From contig CM022671.1 in assembly GCA_012295275.1 (NCBI GenBank), positions 12,214,001 to 12,278,000 on the forward strand: 64,000 bases of DNA, written 5' to 3'. A program made the translations under genes and the position numbers. The notes beneath the pieces are model-generated. The model did not search any database. It saw nothing but the letters and a program-made list of their open reading frames with translations, and was not told the origin of the DNA. The stretch's first letter is position 1. Each line of letters starts with the position of its first letter. The DNA comes from Chrysomallon squamiferum (lineage: Eukaryota; Animalia; Mollusca). Below, one piece after another: positions 50,794-63,582 of the stretch.

Positions 50794-53700
50794 ATGGAAA
50801 CTATAAATAAAAATGTTACTGATATCTTGCTTTTGTTTAAAACTAAGGTATGCTATTAATCATCAAATAAATTCACAAATGATACGTGATAATATTACTA
50901 GGTCAATTAGTAATTGAGTGTACATTATTCTGCTTTAGTACTTACTTTCTAGACTTTTGTCTAAATTTTTTTTATAATTTTATTTGGCTTTCACTATAAT
51001 AAATAAGATACTCTGCTGTCTTTATCTCTGAGTATTGGATTAAATTTTTATTAGGTATAAATTATAATGTTAAAGTACACAGACAATTATCTGATTTATC
51101 ATTTAGTGATTAGTTGTTGGAAACGTTGGATCTGCGAGGCATTACTTAGGTTTCTGTGGTCATTCCTTCCAGATATAATTATAGTTAAATTAATTCTAAT
51201 TAATATATCAACAAAGGCAAGTTGTCAAATAATTAAAAAAAAATAAAAAAATAAAAAATAAAAATATATATATAAATATATAATAATAAAAAAAATTAAA
51301 AAAAATTAAAATTAAAAAAATACAGCAATAATAATAATAATATTATCAGTTCAGTGAACCTCAATTCTGTTGTTATAGCAAAGTTTAATATTAGTAAAAT
51401 ATCAATACATTTTAATTTTGCAGATACAAGAGGCAATTTATTTAATTGAAAATATGCCTGATGACACAAGGAAAGATGTTTGGCAGTTTTGGAAAGAAGT
51501 TTCAAAAATTGTAAAAGTAACAACACGGCAAAGATCCACCAAAGGAAAACAAAAAGCTCTACAAATAAAGCAGGAGCCAGACACAGGTGTAATGCCTCAA
51601 GATGAACTGGAACTGTCAGTTTTGCATTTACAGGAGCAAAATGAAGATCATGAATCTGATAACCAAGATGATTCCAAAGAAGTCAGTTTGCCTATTACCT
51701 TCTCACAAGATTTAGATAAGGAGAATACATTTGATTACACCCCAGATCTTCAGCTTCTATACAATTCAGTTTACAATTCCGAGTCTTCTGGCTTAGCTGT
51801 TTGTTCATCTAATGTTACCAGCATATCTGCTGATTCTGGAAAAACTGCAGTAGAAACTTTTTACTCTTCTAAGGCTGTATGTTCAGCAATAAGTTCATCT
51901 AAAGAGGCTGAAAAAATTTCATCTGAGACTAATGTTTCAGGGGAGGCTACTCCTGCAGAAAATCATTCTTCTGAAATTCATAAAACTGAGACATTGCCTG
52001 AAACAAATTCACATTCAGTTTACGAATCTGAGGATATCACAGAATTAAGAGAGGTATCAACAAGTGTGCTAGAAAGTGTTTCTGATACTTGTGAACTGTA
52101 TGCCACTAATGGTTCTGATGCTGTTCTAGTATCAAAAGAAATTCAAATTCAGGAACCACCCAAAAGACGGAGGGGTAGACCCAGAAAGGCTTCAGTCAGT
52201 GATGATTCAGAAACTCATGTAATAAAATCTTTGCCTAGTACTGGAATGAAAATTTTATCAATTAGACCCAAAAGAATAAAGAAAGTGAAGGAATCTTCTA
52301 TATATTGTTATACTGATTCACAAAATAGAAAATATAACAGTGAGGACAATTATGAACAAGACAGTAGTTATCTTGATAATAATGATCATTCATATAATGA
52401 AAGTTACAGTGATAGAGGTGAAGTTGGAGATAAGGAAAATGAGGAGGAGGAAGAAACCACAAGTAGGAGAAGAAAGAGACGATCAAGAAATGGTTCTACT
52501 TATGATCAGGGTCCAGTTATTTGTCCTGAATGTGGTGTCCAGTTGGCCTATTCTTCTTCTCTTATCGGCAAGTTCTAATTTGTTTTATTCAGTACTACTT
52601 GTCCAAATGAATAATTTTTTATTTGATACTTTTATTTTAACAATGTAAAAAAAAAAAAAAAAGGTCTGAAGTATCTGATGTTTATTGATAGTATAAATTA
52701 ATATCTCACTCTTTTTATCTGTTTTTGTCTGTTTTGCTGTTTCTATCTTTTTCTGTTTCCCATGAACAAAATTTATTTATTTTTTAAATGTTCTATTCTG
52801 TATTTTAGCTCATATGCGTAAACATACTGGAGCACGTCCTTTTAAGTGTCAAACATGTGCTAAAGGCTTCACAACAAAGGCCAATATGTTACGTCATGAA
52901 CTCACTCATACAGGAGAACGACCATTTCAGTGTACACAATGTGATAAAGCCTTCACAGAAGCCAAGTCCCTGGCAGTGCACATACGAACACACACTGGAG
53001 AGAAACCTTATGTGTAGGTTTATTTTTTAATCTAAGAGAAAAAGAAATAGCAAGAAAACATGTTCTCATTTATTGATATAAGTGAATGATTATAAGTTTA
53101 TTTAAAAAGAAGGCCATAGCAAATAGATACAAAGATAAGTTCATTACTTTTGATAATTATTGTTTGAAAATGGGGTAAAATTATCTAGAATATAATTTGC
53201 AATACAGTGAAAATAATTAAATTATCAGTAAACATTTGTATGTTTACATTCGGATATGTTTGTGTTTTTCTGTAGAAGAAAAACAATTACTGAAAAGTTT
53301 GTTAAAGCCTTTCAGTTTCGCAAAATGGTTTAATTCACTTAAAAGTTAATGTTTCCAGTCACACTTTGTAATTATTGTTTTCTTTTATAGTAATGTGGCA
53401 AACCATTGCTGTTAATGTAATGTATAGCAATATCAAAAAGTGTAAGGCTAAATGTCAAAAATGTAACATTTTCCATTTTTTTAATGTTATCATTTTGTAC
53501 ACATTATTAGTCTGAGTCTTAATAATGTTTCTGTAGATGGGAGTTTTGAAAATTATGTCTTTGTATGAAATAGCTTGATGAAAAAGAAAATATCATTATC
53601 ACTTTACCTTCTAAATTTGTTATTTTTTGTCATGCATTGCTGTTAATAAACATTGGTCATCAGGTTATGTAAAACAGTCCTCTAGAAGTGTATAAAAAGA

Positions 53701-54831
53701 TTTATGTTTCTGATTTTTCACTGCATGTTTCCACAGGTGTAAAATATGCAATGCAAGTTTTAGACAGAGGGGAACCCTTCAGGCTCACATTTATTGTCAC
53801 ACAGGACATAAAGGTCATTTATGTGATATATGTGGGAAGGCGTTTCGTCAGAAAACTCAGTTACGAGAACACCAGAAAAGACACACAAAAAGCAAATCTG
53901 TTAAATGTGAAGTTTGTGGGAAAATGTTTTATGGCAAAGGTAATATTTGTTTCTAGATTTATACAAACAAAAACAGATAGCAAATTTAAACATTAATACA
54001 ATTTTTTACTATCTTGTTTTATTGGTTTTTATTCAAAATTAACATTTATCTCACAAAACAAAATTACTTTTTTTTATTAAATACAGGTGTCAATATTTCA
54101 TCCTTAATATTATATATGTCAGTTTTGATGTAAACTTTCCATTAAGGTAAATTAAAAAAATTATTATGCACTGACATATATAATATAATCAGTGTAAAAC
54201 AGAAATAATTGCCATTAATTATCCTGATCTTTTGTTAATCATCCATTCATAATTTCTTATTTTAGGTGAACTATTTAGACACAGCCTACAACACAGTGGC
54301 CTTCGTCCTTACAAATGTACTCTGTGTGAGAAAACTTTCACACGTCAGCAGTACCTCAGGGAACATACAAATATTCACACGGGTAACAAACCACATGTTT
54401 GTAGAGAATGTTCTGCAGCATTCTACGACCTTGCATCCTTATACAGACATCAGCTGAAACACAAACTCCAGGCTAAAAAAACAGAGGCTAAACCTACAGA
54501 TATCAAGACAGAACTGTTTGGATCTGAGGTGGTGATTGTCAACAAGTGTGCAAGTGATGAAGACCTGCAGAATCTGATAGTGGCTGCTGCAGAGAACGGA
54601 CAGTTACAGATCAGTCATTCAACAGGCAATCAGTTACAAGCTGCAGCTCAGTCCATTATGGATGATGCATCTTCTCCTGTGGCTCAGGTCTATCAGATAA
54701 CATATGTTGACCCAGACAATGGAGATGTTGAAGGCAGTGCAAGATCAGAAAATGGACAGATATTAACTAGTGTAGACTTCTCAGCTATTAATTTGCTAGC
54801 CAAAGCAACTCAATTGTCATTAAGTCAATAA
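50794..54831 (+). CDS. AT-hook + 8x C2H2 zinc-finger transcription factor, ~723 aa, 5 exons
   Basis: Exons 50794-50847 (METINKNVTDILLLFKTK, least certain), 51424-52567, 52809-53013, 53737-53939, 54266-54831 (sum 2172 nt). AT-hook PKRRRGRPRK, acidic Ser-rich linker, and eight fingers (CPEC, CQTC, CTQC, CKIC, CDIC, CEVC, CTLC, CREC) with HTGE(R/K)P(F/Y)-type linkers. Intron 2 is GC-AG. Confidence 0.9.
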
Positions 54832-57800
54832 TATTTTTCACAGTGAAAGTTTGGCAATACATAATCATTACAGCACAATACTTTATTACTAACAAGGTCA
54901 CATAAAAGTAAATACAAATATGTATCTTTTCCTTTTCACTTTCTTTCTTCTTCTTTTTTTTTTTGAAGATTTCTAGACAAGAATATCATTTGAAAATCTT
55001 TAACTGAATAATTATATTTGTTTCATGTTAAAAAAAATTTGCCTATGGCTGTGATTGATTTAAATATTTTCTTGTGAAATGCTTAAATATACAAAATATT
55101 TTCTACATAGTCTGGAACTATCTCTGTACTTCATTAATAGAAAACCGTCATTGCTTGTTAAAATATATAAACTGTTAGAATAGAAAATGAAAATAAGATG
55201 TCATTTATGTGCAAAAAGTAAACCTCTTGTACAAGACATTTGCATGTTTTACCAAGGATGAAAGTAAAACACAGTATCTAAGGACCATGACTTTGAATTT
55301 CTTTTATTAGAAAAAAAGTGAAGAAAAAAAAAGGCCTAATCGAGACAGGTGATTAATATTAATTCTTGCTTAAAACAGTGGTAAATAAAGGAGTAAGTTT
55401 AAGGAACACCAAAAAAAACAGTCCTTATATATTTTCAACAAAAAATTTCTCAGTATAATCTTGGGTATTTTAAACTCTTTTTCATTGGGTTTCATATCTA
55501 TAATTATAATTATACACAAATGTGTGTCTCACATCGAGGCTGCAACACATATAGTTATTTACATCTGTTTTCAAGTGCTAACTTTTATATTATTCAGAAA
55601 ACAATTGGAGATAGCTTGTGATTTTTCTCTGTACTCACATCTTCTAACAAAATATTTTTAAATTGGTTCACTGGATTTCATTAGCATATTCATAAGATTT
55701 GTTTCATAACTTTTTTTATTTTGTCAGTAGTAGTTTATATTACATATTTTATGTTCATAAATATTTTAAGCACGTGCCTACGGGTGATATATTTCCTTAT
55801 TCACTTGCGTTGCTTTTAACCACTCCAACCATGCTCAACATGTGCATCATAGGCAGAAATTATAAAATTTTAGTATCTGAGCAAGATGATTTAAAAGGTA
55901 GTTTGCTGACCTGGATGGAATTATTTTATTATTATTATTTATTTATTTATTTTATTTATTTTTTGAAACTGTTTTATTTATTATTTTTATTTTATTTTTT
56001 GTTTTTGCTTTTCTTTCCTTTTCGTTCTTTCTGTTAGTTTTTTTTTATTGTGTTTGCTGAAGATTAATTGCATTTATAATATATAACTTTGAAGCTATAT
56101 TTATTTATTTTACCTCTTTAAAACAACACTATAAAACACACCACAGTCAGATGGGTTTCTTTTATAGATAAATATATATATATATATATTTTTTTTTTTA
56201 AGTGTTATTGAATCAATCAATGATTTGAAATTGTGCCAGAGTATATTTCTTCTCAAACTAGTTAATTAATCTATTGACAGAAACAAATAGAAAGCATTAT
56301 TATATTTAGGATGTGGTATGGTGACATTTTGCCAGTTTTTACAACCTGCCAAATTGAAAACATGGGCAGATGTACTAGCTGCACCTTTCCAGTACATTAC
56401 CTCTTCACAGACAAGTCTATCTCAGTGATCATTGTTCACACAGCTTGGCAATAGGCCAGACAGGAGGATCTTGGATCAGCTGGATACTCACTCATAGGTA
56501 TAGTGGGCAGGACCTTTCAGTCTGTGGACATGCTCTGGCACTCGCAATCCACACAGCTGTGGGTAACTAGCACATCCAAACAGGGGATGTAAATCCTGAA
56601 AATAAATTCTGAAAATATACCTCTAACAATCCCTTAGGCAGACAGACTAGGATTGATGGACCACCAGGGGAGACAGAGGCATTCAGTTAATGAAAGCAAC
56701 ATGTCAAATACACTTTTTTCATCACAAATGCTGTAGTTGGTGTCTGTATAGACTTTAACTTTCCATTCTGGAAGCAGTACTATAATTAACATGGAATGAG
56801 TTACCAGAGATTTTAAAATCCAGGCCTTGAATGACCTATAAAAAAAATCATAAAAGTATGCTGTCATTGACAATATTAATAAATTTTAACAGACAAAAAA
56901 AAAAAAAAATGTTGTTATATGAAAGTGTAATGGAATAAACATTATAGTTCAAAAAATAATAATAATACCAAACCTATCCATTACAATACATTCATATGAT
57001 GTTGGATAAAATAATAATAATTTAAATAATTTTGTACTGTTTTGGAAATGTTTCAAATGTCTAAGTGAAAAACTTGTATAATACAAAACCAGAATTCTTT
57101 TATAACTGTATGTTAATAAAAGTAAATATATTGCTTAAATATAGAGACAGTGGTTTCTACTAACATTCATGGCACTTATCCCCTATTACAAAATGCCTGC
57201 TATCATTGATACAATAACTAAGTTTATTTAATTCACTAATTTAAAATTAATATAATCTGTAGTGTCATTTATTTCATCAACATTTTTGAAATGCTGGTGT
57301 CTCACATCTAATAGTCATGTATGAAAGTAAAGGTTTGGAATCTAATTCAAATACATTATTTATGGTTATTTCCAAAAAGTTCAAAACAGTGCCAGGCTAA
57401 AAAAATTCTACCACGACTTTCAAAAATACTCTCGTTAATTGTGATGTAATTAGGTCAGTTTAATTTTTAAGATTTTAAATGCGATTACGTTATATCCACG
57501 ACAACACATATGGCCATGTATATTGCTATCAGTACCATAAAACCGTATATCATGTTGCTCTGGTATTACTTCACAATGCTATATATTTACAACTTAATGA
57601 ATACTGTTTTACGTAGAAGTGGGTTTTCATTAGTTTCGTCGCTGTTGAACATATTTTCACTTGTATTACTTGTAATATTCTTTAATGTATAAAAAGTGTA
57701 TTTAAGGATGACTATCTTTTTTAATTCTCAATTATCGAGTACATTTGTGTGGTGGTAGTTATTCCAACCAAATTTTAGTGCGTCGAAAGACAATCTTGGT

Positions 57801-58007
57801 TAATCGTCTCCTTTCTTTCTGTTTTTAATTCTAAAAATATACTTTTATTGTTGATGAAGCGTTGGCATGAATTGTGTTTCAATAACGCCCTTCTCGAGAC
57901 AATACTTATTATATTTGGTTTGTGTATTCCATCTTGGAAACAGTAGGAAAAAATAATATGGACTAAATTACGAAAGCACCGGTGTGAAAAAAAAAAAAAA
58001 AAGAGAA

Positions 58008-59804
58008 ATGAAGGGACAGCGCGGTATCGCCAGCGTGCTGACTTTTTTGCATAAACGTTCGGTACAACTGACCTTGAAAAGAACTGTCGCCACGATGGCT
58101 CATAACTTTATCGATGGAAAATATAAGTTTTATCGGGTAGTACTGACAGGAGGTATGTAGCCACTTTTTATAAGCTAATACATCCTGTTTATAAAACGAA
58201 TCGAATACATGTACAGGCACGTTCATAAATTATCGTAAAACATTTCCATACCGTATTTTTGGTGGTTGACGTATTAATAAGGAGAGAGGTAAAAAAAAAA
58301 AAAAAAAAAAATCCCCACCTCCACCAACAACAAAATAGCACTAATAACCGTATTTTTTCCTATTACAATTTTTCTTTCTTTCTTTTTTCATTCTTTAATT
58401 TTTTTTGTATATTATTATTATTTTTTAATCTATAACACATTCACAAAAATATAAATCAATCAGGACATAAAACAAAAAGTATTATGTCACATTGGTTTAT
58501 ATTGATTCACAACAATGTAAAACAGCATGCATTTTTTATAAAATTGGATGATCCGTCAAATCGTGGCTCTAATCACAATTATTATTAAATTATTTGTAGG
58601 TGTTAATTAAACAGATCTGATATGGTCTTTCAGCTTTAAAAGATCTAGTAATGAATATTTAAAAAAAAAACAGTCTTTATTGCAGATATATTTTAAAGTT
58701 AGAATGAAACTTGATTGCTCTTGGTTATAAACAAATGTATTAATACATTTTTATTTATGTATGTCTTTAGTTGTATTATTTTCCATTTTAGAAACCATAT
58801 TTCAGAAGCTACATTATCATATAATATTCACATGGAAATGAAATTGATTATAAACAAATAAAACAGAAAGGTCAGAAAAGAAAGTAAAGAAAGAAATGTT
58901 CACTCTGTACCTCCCCATCAGGTCTCCAGAAACATTTTGAAAGTTATATATTCCTTTTCTTAGACTTTGCCTGCTGATGTGTAACATAGAAAATCAAATT
59001 GCTGTTATATCTTCCTTCAAATTAATATTAGGTATTTAAAATTTCAAAAGTATTTTTTCATTCAGAAACTTTCTTTGTTATTTTCTTTTTTCTTTTTATT
59101 GTGTATCATATTATTATTATATTTTCTTTTTGTCATATATTTATTGCAAAATTAGTATCACAAAAGTATTATTTAAATTTTTGTATTTATATATTTATAA
59201 AATAAAAAAAAAAATTCTGTATCATAAGAAACTTTGAAAGTGAAAACTGTATTTCTGTTGTCTTCAGGACCTTGTGGAGGAAAGACAACTGGTATGACTA
59301 GACTGAGTACATTTTTTGAGAATCTGGGATGGAAGGTAAAACATTTTGATTATTACCATTTCCATATATCTTCACTTTTTGATTTATGTGAGGAATATTT
59401 TATACTTTGAAAATGTGAATTCTGTTGTTTATAAAAGTTTATAGCAGATATATAGTTTTTTCATTTAGATGATTCCATTATTTTTAAAGGATTGTTATTC
59501 TGATAGGATTCAGTAATGAGAAAGGTGATGGGTTATTATTATTAACATTGTTTTTGTTTTTGATGTTTTTACCTCAAGATAATGAAGCACTCAATACATA
59601 CCATCTTTCAATGTTATAATCTTACCTGTTATCCCAACAGATTCTGCTGAACAAACTAAATTCAAGAACCTTATTCCACTGTACCATCCATCACCAGTTA
59701 TAAACTATTTTAACACAAAATCTTTCAGATTAAAAGATTATTAGAGATGGCCAGTCAAAAAAAAAAAAAAAAATAGAAAAAAAATAAAGACAAACAAGCA
59801 AACA

Positions 59805-59835
<31 letters not shown>

Positions 59836-62279
59836 CCCCAAAACTCCCCAAAACATCAGAAATAAATTAATAACAGTAATAATTAATTAATTAAATATAT
59901 ATATATATATAAATACATGTGTATATATGTATAGTTAATTTGGTGTTACTTTGGCATGTGATCAGCAGCGAGCAAATTCTACAGTGGTGTGTGATCTACT
60001 TGATCTAGTTATCTATACCAAGTAAAGTTACTTTGGTGTGTGATCTCTGAGCTTATTTTAATTATTATTTTGTTTATTCTTCATTTTTTATTACTTTCAT
60101 GGCATAAATGAAATAAATTTTCCTTTTATTATATATTTATAAATTATAGGAACAAGGGCTAAAAAGTATACAAATTTGAATAATTTTATCAATGAACTGA
60201 ATGAACATCTGCTAGAAATGTAAGAAAAAGATCTTCAGCATTCGTCCTCATCTGTAGCCAGTAGAAATAATCAAGGTTGTGATTGCAAAGTTCTTTGGTT
60301 CAATCATCTCATCTTTTTCAGATCCAACCTGCTTCTTTCAGTTGCTTGAGTACTGGCTCCAATGTTTGGATCAACATAATGTCTTTGTTGGTTGACAGCA
60401 GAACACAAATTTAGATGATTTATATGTGAATAATGAATATTCTGCAGCTTCTCTTTGAATTATGAGTTGAAGTGTTTCACTTCTTTTTTTTCTACATAAA
60501 AATAGCAACAATCTGCACCTTTCTTCAAACCGAAGACCCAGGGTCCAGCAATGCATCTTCCATGGTTTTCTACTACAGCTTTGCTAAATGTTGAATCATG
60601 GTTTTCTTGCACATTCTGCCTCTGTTAATATATTTGGCATCACACAAACTGAGGAAGATTGGTTTGAATGTTGTTATTTAAATCTGTATAATGGTAAAAA
60701 AATATTTCTGGCATGGATAAGTTTGGCAGTCTTATGTTTTGGAACTCAAAATTGGCAGGGTATCATTGTGTTTACCTTTTCTTCAGCGTTCTTCATTTCT
60801 CCACCACAACTATGACAGGGTGCAACATCTTCATCATCTTCAAGGCTATTTCTTCATACAAAAGCAACTGCCTTTACCTAATCACTGATTATTTTAAGTA
60901 ATTTCTGATCCAAGCTATTTCAAATCTGTTGTATGTCTTTACCTGCCTGCTGTAAACTGACATTTTCTGTTAAAGGAATATAATTATTCTTTCTCATCAC
61001 ATTCTTATATAATAGAAATTTCTTAGATGTTGTGGGTTTTTTTTGCTGTAGATTACCCTTTAAGTTGTAGATCATATACCAAAGTAGAACCTTTAATTCT
61101 AAGTAAATATGGTGTACTAAACTGGATATTACTTTTGATCAGTAGTAAGTTTTGTCACATTGTTTTTGGTAATGAATAGTTCATTACCAAAAACATCTTA
61201 CTCAAGTGCTTTGTCACAGAGCTACTATAACTCTGTGACAAGGCACTTGAGTAAGATAATCAACCATTGGATAATTTCTCTTTTATACATCTGTAAGTGT
61301 TGATGTATTCAAAACTTTGATTTTCGTTTAGTCAGTAAGTTAATCCAAGGAGTATATATATATATATAAACAGGTTTCTCTTTTTGATTACCAATGTTAC
61401 CAGAAAAAGTTAAATCAATAAATAAATAAATAAAAAGTTTAATATGTATTTGAAAATAAATGAAAAACTTTTTCAGGTCTTCCGCTGTCCAGAAGCAGCC
61501 ATGATTTATCTGAGGTAAGTTGAAATGTTAAAACTATAACTGGCTGAATATTATTGTTTCTTGTCGTAATAATTCACTCATATTTATGAATTCATTAGAG
61601 AAGAATAACTTAGAAAATTAATAAATTAAAAATGTAAATCTTTCAAAGACCTCATCACCACAGACTATTAAATTTCTGTCTTTAAAATATTTCTCTTATC
61701 CAAAAGAAAAGAAACAATATTTTGATACAGTGGAAAATGTTAGCCTCAATATAGTCTTGTGGATTTATTATCATTTTGATTTTTGGACATACTAAACATC
61801 AGAAATGAGCACAATAATTATGAGTTACATACATCTTAAAAAACTATCATGAAAATTTGAAATTACAGATTAAGTATAATATAACTTTGTGACATATTAC
61901 TGCAAAGTGTATTAATTTGTATCTGTTAAATACAGTTGCATTCTTTATTTTATATTTAAGTACAGATTTAGCCTGTATACAGAAATTCAACAAATTTAGA
62001 AATTTTTACCTCCCTTGGTCCCAAACTTGTTAGATAAATGGTTTGGCACTTGTATGTGTTTCTTCCATATCTATATTCAGTTGTATGAGGAAAATCTATA
62101 TTCAATTGTATGAAAAAATACATCATCAGATTTATATGTTCATTAATATAGATATAAAATGTCAGTAATTTTAATATTGTCAGAATCAGATAATAAAATT
62201 TGATGTTGCATGAAGGATTCTTTTTCAAGTTTTTAATTTACAATACTGTATTATAATTGAAAATTACAATACAAATCTG

Positions 62280-62327
<48 letters not shown>

Positions 62328-63546
62328 GTAATATAAAGCCTAGATTTAAAACATTTTTTTTATTTATTATCATTATTTTACTTTTTGATTTTTCATTTTT
62401 AAATATACATGTTTTAATATATTCATTATACAAACATTAAATAATATTTTTTAAATGTGGCACATATTGTTTCGATTTCAAACATTTTCAGTGGTGGAGT
62501 GACATTTACCGAACTGGAAAAGAGTGAAGGTGTGTGACAAATTATATAGTTTTAAAAAACCATATGAAACTTTAAATTCTTATAAATAGATAGCTTTAAA
62601 TCAAAAGATTTTGCTATATTCTTCATCTGAAATGACTTTTGTCACTTTATGCTTGCATGTAGCATGTTGCTTATAGTGGTAGCTACAAAATCGGGAATAT
62701 TGTTTCATTTGTCTCACATATAATTTGTTACTGTTTTAAACTGTTGTCAAGATGACTTATTGAGTATTAATGATAGCTTTTTCACAACTATAATACTGAA
62801 ATCCATTGTACAGTTTGAATGTAAGCAGAAAGTCATGTGATGAGAAAATGCTGACATGTTCTATGAACATACATTATTACACTAATTATTATTAACTATA
62901 CTAACAATATAAATTTGAATTTAAACAGTTTGAATTTCTTTTTCTTTTTTTGGTAAATAAACTAAATATTTCAGTCACAAGAAGTTGTATTGAATACCCT
63001 AGATTTTAGTTTAGTTTTTATTTGTTAATCTTATATTTAAATCAAAAATTTTCACAAAACTGTGTTGGATGTTGTGAGCTATACTAGATCCTAAACACAG
63101 ATTTATCAAATAATTTGTGTTTCCCATGTATAATATCTAATTGACAGCTGTAGTTTTACACTCTCGTATCAGATCAGCTAATACCCATGTCTATCCATGC
63201 ATAATGATTCAGTGTTTAGAGGTGTTACTAAACTGTTATTCATTTTAAGTATGTTGAGATCAATGTTCTAACATTTTCCACTTTTTGTAGTGTTTTCATT
63301 ACAGGAGAACATAATTAAAACCATGATGCAGATTGAAGACACATATTACAATCTTGCCAAGTATTTTACAACAAAACAGAATGTTATGATGATCTGTGAC
63401 AGAGGTCTGATGGATGGATCTGCATGTAAGATAACTTCCTGATAATTTTTAGTGGAAAATAAAAACTTAATAATAAAAGTTACATCTGAAAATCATTTTA
63501 TCAGTCAAACAATTTAATAAGCTATAATAATAATAAATAAATAAAT

Positions 63547-63582
<36 letters not shown>

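Noticed and set aside
53688-54457. ORFs 53688-53996 and 54266-54457 as separate proteins
   Set aside because: Off-frame readings of zinc-finger exons 4 and 5. The true frame encodes C2H2 fingers.
58008-58094. Upstream ATG as a short inhibitory uORF
   Set aside because: Base counting shows 87 nt with no stop, in frame with ATG 58095, so it is an N-terminal extension.
57963-58226. 87-aa minus-strand ORF over the TTD14 start
   Set aside because: Antisense shadow of TTD14 exon 1 and a poly-A tract, with no recognisable motif.
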